57,149 bases of DNA from Octopus bimaculoides (Eukaryota), in the NCBI RefSeq assembly GCF_001194135.2, contig NC_068981.1, positions 20,631,137-20,688,285 of the forward strand, in the 5' to 3' direction. The translations under genes were made by a program, and so were the position numbers. The notes under the pieces were generated by a model. The model ran no database searches. It had not been told where the DNA came from and saw nothing but the letters and a program-made list of their open reading frames with translations. Positions 11,177 through 22,730 of the stretch are shown piece by piece (the stretch's first letter is position 1; each line of letters begins with the position of its first letter).

Positions 11177-12744
11177 CCAATACACCAATTTCACTTTAAA
11201 CTTCATATCGATTAAACACCTGCATCAAATCCTCCTCCACATTTCAAGGAAACAAAATGTGAGTTAAGATATGCTGTTCACACTCGAGTTTTAAGGTAAG
11301 CTCCAGAACTGAGAATGAAGAGAGAAAGTTAATAATAGTGTTGAGATTGAGTGAGGAATAATGTAGAGATGGAGAGACGATAATGAAGGGTTGGAGTAAA
11401 GGATAATGTAGGGAAAGAAAGAGAGACAGACAGACAGAGACAGAGAGTGGCTCTAGGGATGGAGTGAGAATCAATATAGAGATGGGAAGGAGAGACACAA
11501 TGGAGATGGAGTGAGAACTGTGTAGATAGATAGAGAGAGAGAGAGAGAGATGGATAGGCAGACAGATAGATGAATGAACAGATGGATGGATGGATGGATG
11601 GATGGATGGATGGATGGATGGACTGTAGGGATCAACATGGAGTCAGGAGTCAGGAACACTGTAGAGATACAAGAGAGAGACAGTATGGAGATAGAAGGAA
11701 GGAAAGTGAAGAGATTGTGTGGAGAATGAAGAGGAGATGGAACAGGGAACAGTGCTGAGTGGCATGAAACAACACAGCAGAGATGAAATTGAGGATCAGT
11801 GTGGAAATGGATTAAAAGACATTGTAAGGACGAAATTGTGGAACAGTGTCTCATTCTATTTCCACATTGCTATTCCATCTCTGCAACATGCTTCTCCATT
11901 ACATATCTACACTAGACCTGTACATTATTGGTCATTCAATTGGAACAATGGACAATTTAGACATGTAGAGACAGTATAGAGACCAAATAAAAGACAGTAT
12001 TGTTAAAATCAGAGCTGACTTGAAGCTAAAGAACTGCACAAATTACTTATGGACCCATTCTTTCCTATTCGTGATATCCCTTGCCTGACAGCAATGGACT
12101 TGTCCAATTATAAAGTTACAGTGATATATTGACTGTTCAACTATAAAATTATGTATGTCAGTATAGAATAAGTAGAAATGCTGTGCTTTGAACACTAAAC
12201 AGTTTGACAGACAGAGAAGTCTAAAGAAAAACTGCTCATTAAATTTGTTCTGTGTGCTGATGTATTATTGTATGTTATAACTACAGCTTTCAACAGAACA
12301 CTGTACCAATGCACAGAATGCAAAGTGAGAGGAGGGATGGCACTCCTCTTACTCTGCAACAGAAAATTCTAGAAACATGAATACAACAATGATATTTAGC
12401 TGAAGACATGTCATAACAAAACTATGTATTTGTGAATAAAATATCGACTTAGTACAAACTAAAATATGCAAGTAATATTCAGTACAATAAAAGAAATCAA
12501 ATGTCTATTGAAGTTGTAACAACTCATTTGGTTGTGAGAGTGTTGTCAGGTTCTTTGTATAACATTAATACTTACTTGAGAAGTTAACTTCTGTACATTA
12601 TTCAACAATAGTATTTATTTCTTAAACTGCCATAAAAGAAATGTAATATGTGATGTTGATGCCTTTCCAAAGGATATATTAGTGTCGTAAGTTTTGAAAA
12701 ATTGGTAATCAAACAGTATTAGGGACGCACTATACTAAGGCATT

Positions 12745-13005
12745 CATTCAACAGTTGATATAATGGTGCCATATGAAAAGCACCCATGCCAGCGCCTCAT
12801 AAGAAGCACTTATGCTGGCACCATGAACAGAGCACCCGTACCAGCACCATATAAAAAGAATCCTTAGTGACACTATGGAAAAAGAAACCATGCCAAAACT
12901 GATGACTGGAGCCTGGTACTGCTCTCCAGCTTGGCAATTCTTGTCAGACCATCTAACCCATGCTAGCATGGAAAATAGACATTAAATGATGATGATGATG
13001 ATGAT
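12745..13005 (+). mobile_element. RTE-type 3' tail
   Basis: aaaagcacc subrepeats..acccatgctagcatggaaaatagacattaaatgatgatg. Confidence 0.8.
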
Positions 13006-13019
13006 GAAGATATTGATGA

Positions 13020-13064
<45 letters not shown>

Positions 13065-13934
13065 NNNNNNNNNNNNNNNNNNNNNNNNNNNNNNNNNNNN
13101 NNNNNNNNNNNNNNNNNNNNNNNNNNNNNNNNNNNNNNNNNNNNNNNNNNNNNNNNNNNNNNNNNNNNNNNNNNNNNNNNNNNNNNNNNNNNNNNNNNNN
13201 NNNNNNNNNNNNNNNNNNNNNNNNNNNNNNNNNNNNNNNNNNNNNNNNNNNNNNNNNNNNNNNNNNNNNNNNNNNNNNNNNNNNNNNNNNNNNNNNNNNN
13301 NNNNNNNNNNNNNNNNNNNNNNNNNNNNNNNNNNNNNNNNNNNNNNNNNNNNNNNNNNNNNNNNNNNNNNNNNNNNNNNNNNNNNNNNNNNNNNNNNNNN
13401 NNNNNNNNNNNNNNNNNNNNNNNNNNNNNNNNNNNNNNNNNNNNNNNNNNNNNNNNNNNNNNNNNNNNNNNNNNNNNNNNNNNNNNNNNNNNNNNNNNNN
13501 NNNNNNNNNNNNNNNNNNNNNNNNNNNNNNNNNNNNNNNNNNNNNNNNNNNNNNNNNNNNNNNNNNNNNNNNNNNNNNNNNNNNNNNNNNNNNNNNNNNN
13601 NNNNNNNNNNNNNNNNNNNNNNNNNNNNNNNNNNNNNNNNNNNNNNNNNNNNNNNNNNNNNNNNNNNNNNNNNNNNNNNNNNNNNNNNNNNNNNNNNNNN
13701 NNNNNNNNNNNNNNNNNNNNNNNNNNNNNNNNNNNNNNNNNNNNNNNNNNNNNNNNNNNNNNNNNNNNNNNNNNNNNNNNNNNNNNNNNNNNNNNNNNNN
13801 NNNNNNNNNNNNNNNNNNNNNNNNNNNNNNNNNNNNNNNNNNNNNNNNNNNNNNNNNNNNNNNNNNNNNNNNNNNNNNNNNNNNNNNNNNNNNNNNNNNN
13901 NNNNNNNNNNNNNNNNNNNNNNNNNNNNNNNNNN

Positions 13935-13986
<52 letters not shown>

Positions 13987-14429
13987 TTGCTTTTGTGTTA
14001 AAATAAAAACAATTTTACATTAAACTAGAGAGTACAAACTTTTAGTAGAGTACAAATTTATTATTCTTTACCAGGAATAGCACTAACAGTAGCCTCAAAG
14101 CTTCAGCCAGCAACTATAAGTCAGATAAGACAGTCCCATTATGGCCCAGCTGGTCAAAATGCCATGTTTGTCTCCATTTTGGATGGAGATGAACACCATT
14201 CCTCCATGTGACCAGCTCGAAAAAATTTTTAAGATTTTAAGATATCTTCCTTAACATGAAAGCAATGGTAGCTTTAATTCACAAATAAAGAAATTTAGTC
14301 CACCAATGCAATGATGAGCACTCATTCTCATTGTTCAGTGATCTTATCTGCAATATTAACTTCAGGAAACCTGCCAGTCACCTGTTCACCTATCAGTCTG
14401 GTAGGCACACTGACAGATTGACTACATTC

Positions 14430-15480
14430 TCACCAGAAAATGAGAAAGAGGGCTACTTATAAATGCCAAAACTTGCCCAGGTGAAGAAAGCCCCCTCCAA
14501 CATAGGATAGTTGTTAACGACTTCAAGATCAGAGCTAAATGGCTGCCTAGAAGACAACCAGTGTGGAAAAGAAAGGTCTGGAAGGATCTTCTGAATGGAC
14601 AGAGATTTAGAGACATGTTGAAGCATTTGACAAAAATGAGGAGGATATAGTGACATATAACATGGAGGACAACTGGCGGTACCAAAAATACAACTTGTTG
14701 AGGGTTACAGACCAAATCTGTGACTGGTGCAAAGTCCCTTCTTGACCTAAGGTGACATGTTGGTGGAACAGTGTAATGAGGGTTGTTAAAGAAAAGAAAC
14801 AGACATGGAAGGACTGGAAGTGTGGGGGTAGCAGGGGACTGTATCAGATAGCCAGAAGAGAAGCTAGGAGACAGATATATTTAGCCAGGGGAGAAGCAGA
14901 AAAAAAGTTTGTCAATGTTCTGCGACATGAGGACCAGAGACTTGAAGTGTTTCAGATTGCAAAACAGTGTGTGAGAGAAAATCGTAGGAGAAAAATGTGT
15001 CCACATGGATGATGGTCCACTTGCATTTAATTATTCTGCAAAGAAAGAGGCTCAGAAACACTATTGTGAAAGGCTGTTAAATGTGGAGAATGAATGGGAG
15101 AAGGAGAGTCTGCCAAATGTTGATCCAAATGAGAGACCAGCTTTCTGAACTGACAGTAGCATGGTAGATAAAGCAATTAAGGATATGACAGAGAAAGCCC
15201 CAGATCCATCAGAAATAACCACTGAAATGCCTAAAATATCTGGTGGAGTAGGATATAGCCCAGTCACCCATATAGTTAATCAGGGTGTCCATGAGGGAGT
15301 CATACCCAACGATTGGTGGTTGGTGTTAGGAAGGGCATCCAGCTGTAGAAGCCATGCCAAATCAAATTGGAACCTGATGCAGCCCTCCAGCTTACCAGCT
15401 TCAGTCAAACTGTCTAACCCAAGCCAGTGTGGAAGGTAGACTCTAAATGATGATAATAGTGATGATGATGATGATGATGA
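14430..15480 (+). mobile_element. RTE LINE internal fragment (EN-RT linker) joined to a 3' tail
   Basis: Frameshifted peptides WWNSVMRVVKEKKQTWKDWK.., ERLLNVENEW.., VDKAIKDM..KAPDPSEITTEM..VIPNDW; RTE tail from ~15314. Confidence 0.85.
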
Positions 15481-16299
15481 TTTTTTTTTATGTATCCATA
15501 CATACAAATGTGTACATGTGCGCATATATGTGTACATGTATTTTTGCAGCAGTAAAGATATTTGCCTTGATAGAGGATCCACCACCACATGCAAGTTCAT
15601 CTCAACCCACGCCTATGTGTGATATAGTTTGATGATTCAAAAAGATGAAATTTGATCTGGTTTGGTAAGATCAACTGAGACCAATCCTGGTCATATAGCT
15701 AGGTTACTTCAGGTCAAGATGACTGCAGTCTATGTTTCTTTTCTGTACTCTCATACCTGTTTGGATTCATTGATTACCACAATCATAAGTTAGCACACAT
15801 TTCTTTTAAGTCTCTCACAGCTTTCCATTTGAATTCTTTGACAGCCAATGAGGCATCAGCATAACAAGAAGCTGTATCATTCCACCATCTTGCAGGGTAC
15901 CTCATTGACATTCCACCATCTTGTAGGGTACCTCTTTGCCACTGGTCTCCTGGAATGATCTCATCATTTGTAATACAGAATATCCACAGCTTGTACTAAG
16001 ATTGTAGACTTTAAGTCTGCAATTTTCTTTCAGCTTCTCTACAGCTGACATATAACCACTGGCTAAGTCAACAATATGGATATAGTCTCAGATACCTGTA
16101 CCATCATTTAATTTATGACTTATATGTAATTTCTGATATATAAGTTATTATTTATATACATTTATATAATTTCTGTATGCTCAGTGATTTGTGTATATAC
16201 ATTCTAAATAAGTCACTGCACCCTTCAACTATTCTTATTAAAATTTGAAATCTCTACAAAATTATAAAAATCTTAAAACTTAACAAAAGTGCAGTTGAA

Positions 16300-18660
16300 G
16301 CAGCTTTACATAGACCCAACAACACCCTCTAAACATCCCCTTAAAAGTTCTAAAGCTATCTTTGATATCACCAACTCACACACCCCATCATTACCAAATC
16401 GAAAATAATTCACTTGAACAACAAATAAAAACTATGTGCTGTTCCTCATTAGTAGCAAATAAACAAAATATTTAACACCACCTTAAGAAACAAACAAATT
16501 TCTGACTATCAAACTGCTTTTCAGTCACCAAGCATATGTAGAATAGAGTAACAACACATCTGGAATCTACAATTTCCTAAATGGTGTACTACTCAGACCC
16601 TACACAACTTTCACATACTTCCACAAAACATACAAAAATTCTGGCAGAAACAGAAGCTAAATCTACATCATATCACAATCTACCATCTTAAAAAGCAGAT
16701 GAGAGAATAATGGAGTCTTTGATACCTTATCATCATCATCATTATTTAACATCTGTTTTCCATACTGGCATGGATCGAACAGTTTGACAGGAACTGATAA
16801 GACTGGGAGCTACTCCAAGCACCATTGTCCATTTGGCCATGATTTCTATGGCTGAATGCCCTTCTTAATGCCAACCATTTATTTGAGTGTACTGGGTGCT
16901 TTTTACATGGTACCAGCCTCATAAATGACCCGGCCATGAATAAAAACATGGCCAGATCATGAAACATGTCCAGATATCATCATAGCTACACCTTTCTACT
17001 ATTACGTTCAGATGCAACTACACAACTTTTCCAACCTTCCATCAACCATCTCAAAGCCTGACTCTAAATAGACTATAACAGTAGCACTTCCCAGCATCTA
17101 CCATGTCCTTGCTTACAGGTAACACTAGAGAACAATAAATACAACCAAATATCACACTCAACACCCATGGGAGCTTCATATGGTTCTTCAATATGCTAGA
17201 AAGAGCAAATAAATCTCCCTCAAAGAAAGAATACATTTGATTGTGTGGCTCTAGATACTTTTAAAACAGACAAGATGGTCATCACTAATAAATTCAATCA
17301 TAGATTTACTTGATCAGGGGCTGACCTGGAGTTAAACATCTACAACTACAACAGTATAACACACTTTATACACAGACATATAACACTTTCACAATATTCA
17401 CAATACATGTAGAAGATACAGAGAAGGAAGCAAATACACTGTGTGAGATGTTTAGAGGATTCACATATATTACATTTGATCCAGCAGGCTGGCAGAATTG
17501 TTAGCACATCAGACAAAGCACTTAGTGGCATTTCTTCTTGTTCTTTACATTCTGAGTTCAAATCCCACCAAGGTTATCTTTACTTTTCATTCTTTCAGGG
17601 TCAATAAAATAAAATATGGGTCAAATACAGGGGTCAATATAATTGAATTGTCCTTAAAAATTACTGGCCTTGAACCCTGCAATTGTTCCATTCAGATAAA
17701 AGACAAAGTTGACTTCAAGGGAATTTGAACTCTGAACATAAAGATGGATGAAATATCACCAAGCTTTTCACCTGGTATGCTAATGAGTCTGCTACCTCAC
17801 TGCCTAACGATTCTGCCAGCTCACCATAAAAGATGATAAATGAAAATGCATGAAGAAATATAAAACAACTCATTTGATCCCTCAAGGATTATCTCGACTC
17901 AGCCTGAGTCTCTTAACATATTATTACAAAGAACAGAAAACCTCACATTTAATGCAATCACAGGTTGTATAAAGACTACACCCATAGATCATGTATGTAA
18001 GAAAGCCTAAATTCTCAAAATGAAAAATTACCCAAGCATGCAAATTGTCAAAAACTTGCATAGTTCAAACCCGTGCAGGCCCACAAATAAGAGAACAATA
18101 GCCACAGACACCCTGGCACATCTGCAACATTCCAGAACACTACTACAGCATCATACTAAAAGTATTAACCATCCCACATGATTCAGACAAACACAAAAAA
18201 TATGCAAACACTCACAAAACAAAGCAGTAACATCAATAACCTCATTAGTTCCTTGGTCTAACAAGTCTCTACATCATCAATGGACTTGTTAAAAATAACA
18301 GCCAACTATCCCTCAAACCACACCCTACTGTCATAAACAAAGGACATATTGACTCATGTAATCCTATCTGGAAAACAAAAAATAGACCAGAGATGAGATT
18401 GTCATGCCTGGAATGTCTTCTGATTATAGGTCTCATTAGAGCTAGCCTGGGGCTAAACAACAATACCAACCTCATTAGTTCCAAACATTCCCCTGATAGT
18501 TACACCACCAGAGATAAATATAAAAGAATAGCAACACTGTCATGTTCTGACCAAGTGAATCCACCTTGCCCACCTCTATTGTGGCTATTAACACAGAAGT
18601 TTACAGGAACAGACCAGATCAGCAGTTCTCAACCAGTCCACATAAGATTTTGCTGTTAAA
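16300..18660 (+). mobile_element. Highly decayed I/Jockey-group LINE, interrupted by younger insertions
   Basis: Remnant motifs AITGCIKTTPIDHV (~17950-17995) and TPPEINIKE*..HLAHLYCGY (~18500-18590), typical of the post-RT region; left boundary uncertain. Confidence 0.55.
17485..17830. mobile_element. Two oppositely oriented copies of a tRNA-derived SINE ('ctttcatccttt..gggtcgataaa' family)
   Basis: + copy ~17485-17665 with ttctgagttcaaat; - copy ~17690-17830 with atttgaactctgaa. Confidence 0.7.
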
Positions 18661-19462
18661 ATCTATGCACTATGAATTGGTTATTCTTCTACAATACACA
18701 AAATATTTTCACATTTTTTTTTTTTTGTATAATTCCTAATAATGTTATAAAAATATAATGGAACATGTTTAAACATCGAATGTTTAATAGGCTCCAGTAG
18801 AGTACAATAGGAATCAAAGGGGTCCATAGACAAAAAAAAGAATTGTCATGCTGATGACAGATATATGAACAAGAAACATATGCCCACTACTGTCTTCGTA
18901 TCACCAAACAATAAGCCTGTCCCTTTCTTTAATGCAATGTTAATTTTAGAGAATATTTATTCTTGAGGTTATCTCCCCCTCACAAGTTGAGTCGGTTTCA
19001 GTTTCCATTTGATAGAGCCAGGGATAATTTTCATAGATCATCAATTTATGTTGCATTGTATCTGACACAACCAACATCTTGTCTATGTTATTCAAATACT
19101 GACTACTTTAAATTATTTATCTTCATTCTTGATTAAATTCTAAGAAAATGGAACACAACTATACTGAAAGGAAGATGTGATTAAGACAGTTCTCAGCATG
19201 TTAGCTCTTATAGACAACTCATGCTGTCCAGTAACAGCGGATAACAATACTATTTCTGTTATTATTTATTCATTCCCAGAGAGTCTGAAAACCACTTGCT
19301 TTGGTTGGCATGAAAATTTGAAATAATGATTATAATTGAGCAGTAAAATATATATTTCTCTATTACATGTGATGGATACACCTTTCTTTCTTCATAGAAA
19401 CACCTGCAAATTTGCCATTTTGTGTGTGTATGCGTGTGTGGTGGGGTGGACTAGCCAGGAGA

Positions 19463-19600
19463 TACATTATTTACATCTGATGGATATTTGTCCTCATCTT
19501 GTTTGTTGTTAACACATTTCGGCTGAAATACCCTCCAGCCTTCATCAGGTGTATTGGGGAAATTTCAAACCTTGGTTCTCATTCCCAAGGTATTTTTCGA

Positions 19601-19645
<45 letters not shown>

Positions 19646-19788
19646 TATTCAGGTCACAGTTTGGAATCGAACTCGGAATTGAACTCAAAATCGAACTCAG
19701 AATCGCCATATGCTCACGGGCATATGGCATAGTGGTTAAGAGTGCTGGCTACTAACCCCAAGATTCCGACATCGATTCCAAGAAGTGA

Positions 19789-19832
<44 letters not shown>

Positions 19833-20005
19833 TCGAAAAATACCTTAGGAATGAGAACCCAAGTTCAAAATTTCCCCAATACACCTGAAGAAGACTGGAG
19901 GGTATATCAGCCGAAACGTTGTGTTAACAACAAACAAGATGAGGACAAATATCCGTCAAATGTAAATAATGTACAGAATTCCTAATCTCTTAAATATCGA
20001 ACTGT
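19463..20005. mobile_element. Inverted dimer of a tRNA-headed, hammerhead-tailed SINE-like element with 12-bp TSD
   Basis: 19463-19657 is the reverse complement of 19786-19973; centre hairpin gccatatgc-tcacgg-gcatatggc 19705-19728; A box TGGCATAGTGG 19725-19735; TSD tagccaggagat 19452-19463 / tagctaggagat 20005-20016. Confidence 0.85.
19881..19924 (+). ncRNA. Minimal type I hammerhead ribozyme (Penelope-type)
   Basis: Stem I ACAC/GTGT; CTGAAGA 19885-19891; stem II GACTG/CAGCC; GAAA 19913-19916; palindromic AACGTT helix III; GUU triplet ending 19920. Confidence 0.7.
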
Positions 20006-20769
20006 AGCTAGGAGATGTCCAATTTGGAGAAACCAACCAAGCTGACCTTCACCTCCAGTCCAAAACAGAGGCAACATAGAGAAGGATAACATTTTGGTTG
20101 ACTTACAATAGATATAATTATAAGCATTGTTTATTCACGATGACCACTAAGAATAATAAACTAAATTAATTTCCATTTTAGAGCATACTTTATATGCATA
20201 TAACACTAAGGCTCATTAAACTGACTTAATTAGCATTTTATAGTATATTTTATAATTATATATACTGTATGCTGGTTGCTTAGAGGCTGCCATGTGTAAA
20301 CAATGTTTGTTGGCAGACACTTTACATTTTGTTTGTCACTTCTTTTATATATCAGAGATGACGGTCAGCATCATTGGCTTTTCAAAACACATGTCTCCTA
20401 CGAGTATGGCATGTGTATGTGTATTCACTACCATCTTGGTGGGTGTGTACTCATCAGATTCTATTTGTTTGCTTGCAGTCCACGGCAAAAGTTTGCCTAG
20501 GCTTCTTGATATGTGTGCACTGATTGTAAACAAAAATCTTAGCATTTATACAAATTGTTTTTTGTTTACAGTCCTCCACAAAAGCATACCCAGGCTGCTT
20601 GTTGTTCAGTAGACTGGCAGAAGTTTACCTTACTTGGAAACAGTTGAGTATTGGTATCAGATAGATGACCCTGCCATAGAAAATCCCTCAACAAAGTCTT
20701 TTTTGACCCCTGAAAGCCTGGAAAAGTAGACATTAAAATGTTAATGGTTATGATGGTGATGAGAGTGAT

Positions 20770-21270
20770 GGTGATGACGTCAGTGTCTAGGGAGGCTGAC
20801 CGGAAGGGGAAAAAGGGCAGAGGGAGCCTCGATCGGGATTCGGGCCCTTTTCGAACGGGGTTGTGGTCAGGACAAGACGTGTTAAGCGACGGTCTAGGTT
20901 TGGGAGAGGTAGCTGCTATTCCTGGTGTACTTTGGGTCGGGGCAAGCTTCAAGGATTGGATACCGCAAGACAGACTCNNNNNNNNNNNNNNNNNNNNNNN
21001 NNNNNNNNNNNNNNNNNNNNNNNNNNNNNNNNNNNNNNNNNNNNNNNNNNNNNNNNNNNNNNNNNNNNNNNNNNNNNNNNNNNNNNNNNNNNNNNNNNNN
21101 NNNNNNNNNNCAGGACAAGACGTGTTAGCTGCTATTCCTGGTGTACTTTGGGTCGGGGCAAGCTTCAAGGATTGGATACCGCAAGACAGACTCACAGTCG
21201 AGGAAAGGAAAACCGAGGTAAGGCGATTACATCTACTCGTACGCACACACCACACATGGTTACGAAACAA
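20770..21270. mobile_element. GC/CpG-rich young insertion of unknown type, partly repeated across a gap
   Basis: Composition contrasts sharply with flanks; 20868-20977 recurs at 21111-21193 minus 27 nt. Confidence 0.45.
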
Positions 21271-21639
21271 CAAGCAGTGAGCATATATACTGGATTGTAA
21301 AAGTCATTCGGGAAGTGCATTTTAAACATTTGTTGTGTATCATGGATTCGAACTTGCATAGCCACATTATGAATATCAAGTCTTAACATAACAACAGCTT
21401 GACCACGTGTGCAGCTGACTTATTGTCCAGCCAGTGGCTGGTGTTCATATGATAGCTTCCCCAGATCATTCTAGAAGCTTCCTTAAACATAGCCTATAAA
21501 TAGACTTGATTCTGAGTGTAATTTCCAGAGTGTTAACGACATCAGGGCAGAACATTGTCTCCAATCTCACCAAACTTCAGTGTGCTCTTGAGTGCATTAT
21601 GAATACAAACTCCTTTGCAGTCATTCTAATGCCTATGTG

Positions 21640-22555
21640 CTCAACTCACATGCCATCATAAGGCAGACTTGACACCACTTTACTTCCTTCACACTCTTGC
21701 TTGAAGAGACTGGTGTCATCCCAGGTTGATGGTCCCAGAGGTGTCACTGTGCTTAGAGCCAAACAGGTCCACTAGTGTCCCCCCACCCACTTGCTGGTGG
21801 TCCCATGCCACCCCACTGCATCCCTCAAGATGACATCAAGCATCTTCAGATTTTCTTTAGTCATGTCCAGCCATCTGGTGTGGGGTCTACCACAGGGCCT
21901 CCTCCAGATTACAGCTGCTGCATTGAATAAAAGCAAGGCCCTGGAGTGTAATCTGGCAGGAGACTGAGTACATGTCCATATCAGTGCATGTGGCAGATGG
22001 CAATGAGGCAGGAGGCTGTAGGCTGATGAATGTGTGCATGCAGTTCTTCATAGGAAACATGATGGTACCAGTTGCTGTTCTCAGTAGTCCTCAGGGCTGT
22101 AGTATTGAAGCTGCTGATCCTCTTTGCCAGGGTTTTCATTAGCAGCCACATACCTGCTCCATAGAGAAGGATGTAGAGGATCAACACATTGTAGATGTGG
22201 AGCTTTGTCTTCTGGGAGATGGAGCAATGGTGTCAAAGGGACTTCCATATGGTGTGCATGACTACAGAAGCCAGACCATATCTGCATTTGATGTTTGGAT
22301 TCAGGTCTCTATTGCTGGTGAGTGTGGAACCCAGGTAGATGAAGGATCTGACAAACTCCACAATGTCAGGGTCAATATGAAGTGGACGATGGTCCAGGTC
22401 ATTACCAACATTCATCAGTCTGGTCTTTGCCCAACACACCTAAAGGCCAAATTTTTTGCTGATTCCTCTTGGGATATGGTCAGTGTGTCCCTGAGCTGGT
22501 CAGTTATGTTGCTGAATAGGATGGTATCATCCATGTACTCAAGGTCCATAAGATG
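21640..22555 (-). mobile_element. RTE (BovB-like) LINE RT C-terminal fragment, second family
   Basis: WAKTRLMNVG..VEFVRSFIYLGSTLTS..; ILLYGAGMW..RISSFNTTALR..WYHHVSYEE. Confidence 0.85.
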
Positions 22556-22730
22556 GTAGTTCCCCAAAGTAATGCTAGAAACTCGCTCACAGATCTATGT
22601 TGCAAAGAACAGAGTCGAGGGCAACTACTACGACCAGCGCCAACAAGTGTTTGGACAAATCCCAACCCACATCAATGCATACGAAGCATGCAAATGACGT
22701 ATTTGTTAATGCAGCAACAAATACAACATT

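Noticed and set aside
20566-20710. - strand LLRDFLWQG..W..CGGL resembling L1/Tx1 RT-adjacent motifs
   Set aside because: Too short, no flanking RT motifs, and competing open frames on the + strand.
18320-21274. Blocks A-D at 22731-23876 as a spliced retrocopy
   Set aside because: The omitted segments lack GT-AG ends on either strand, and block D is inverted.
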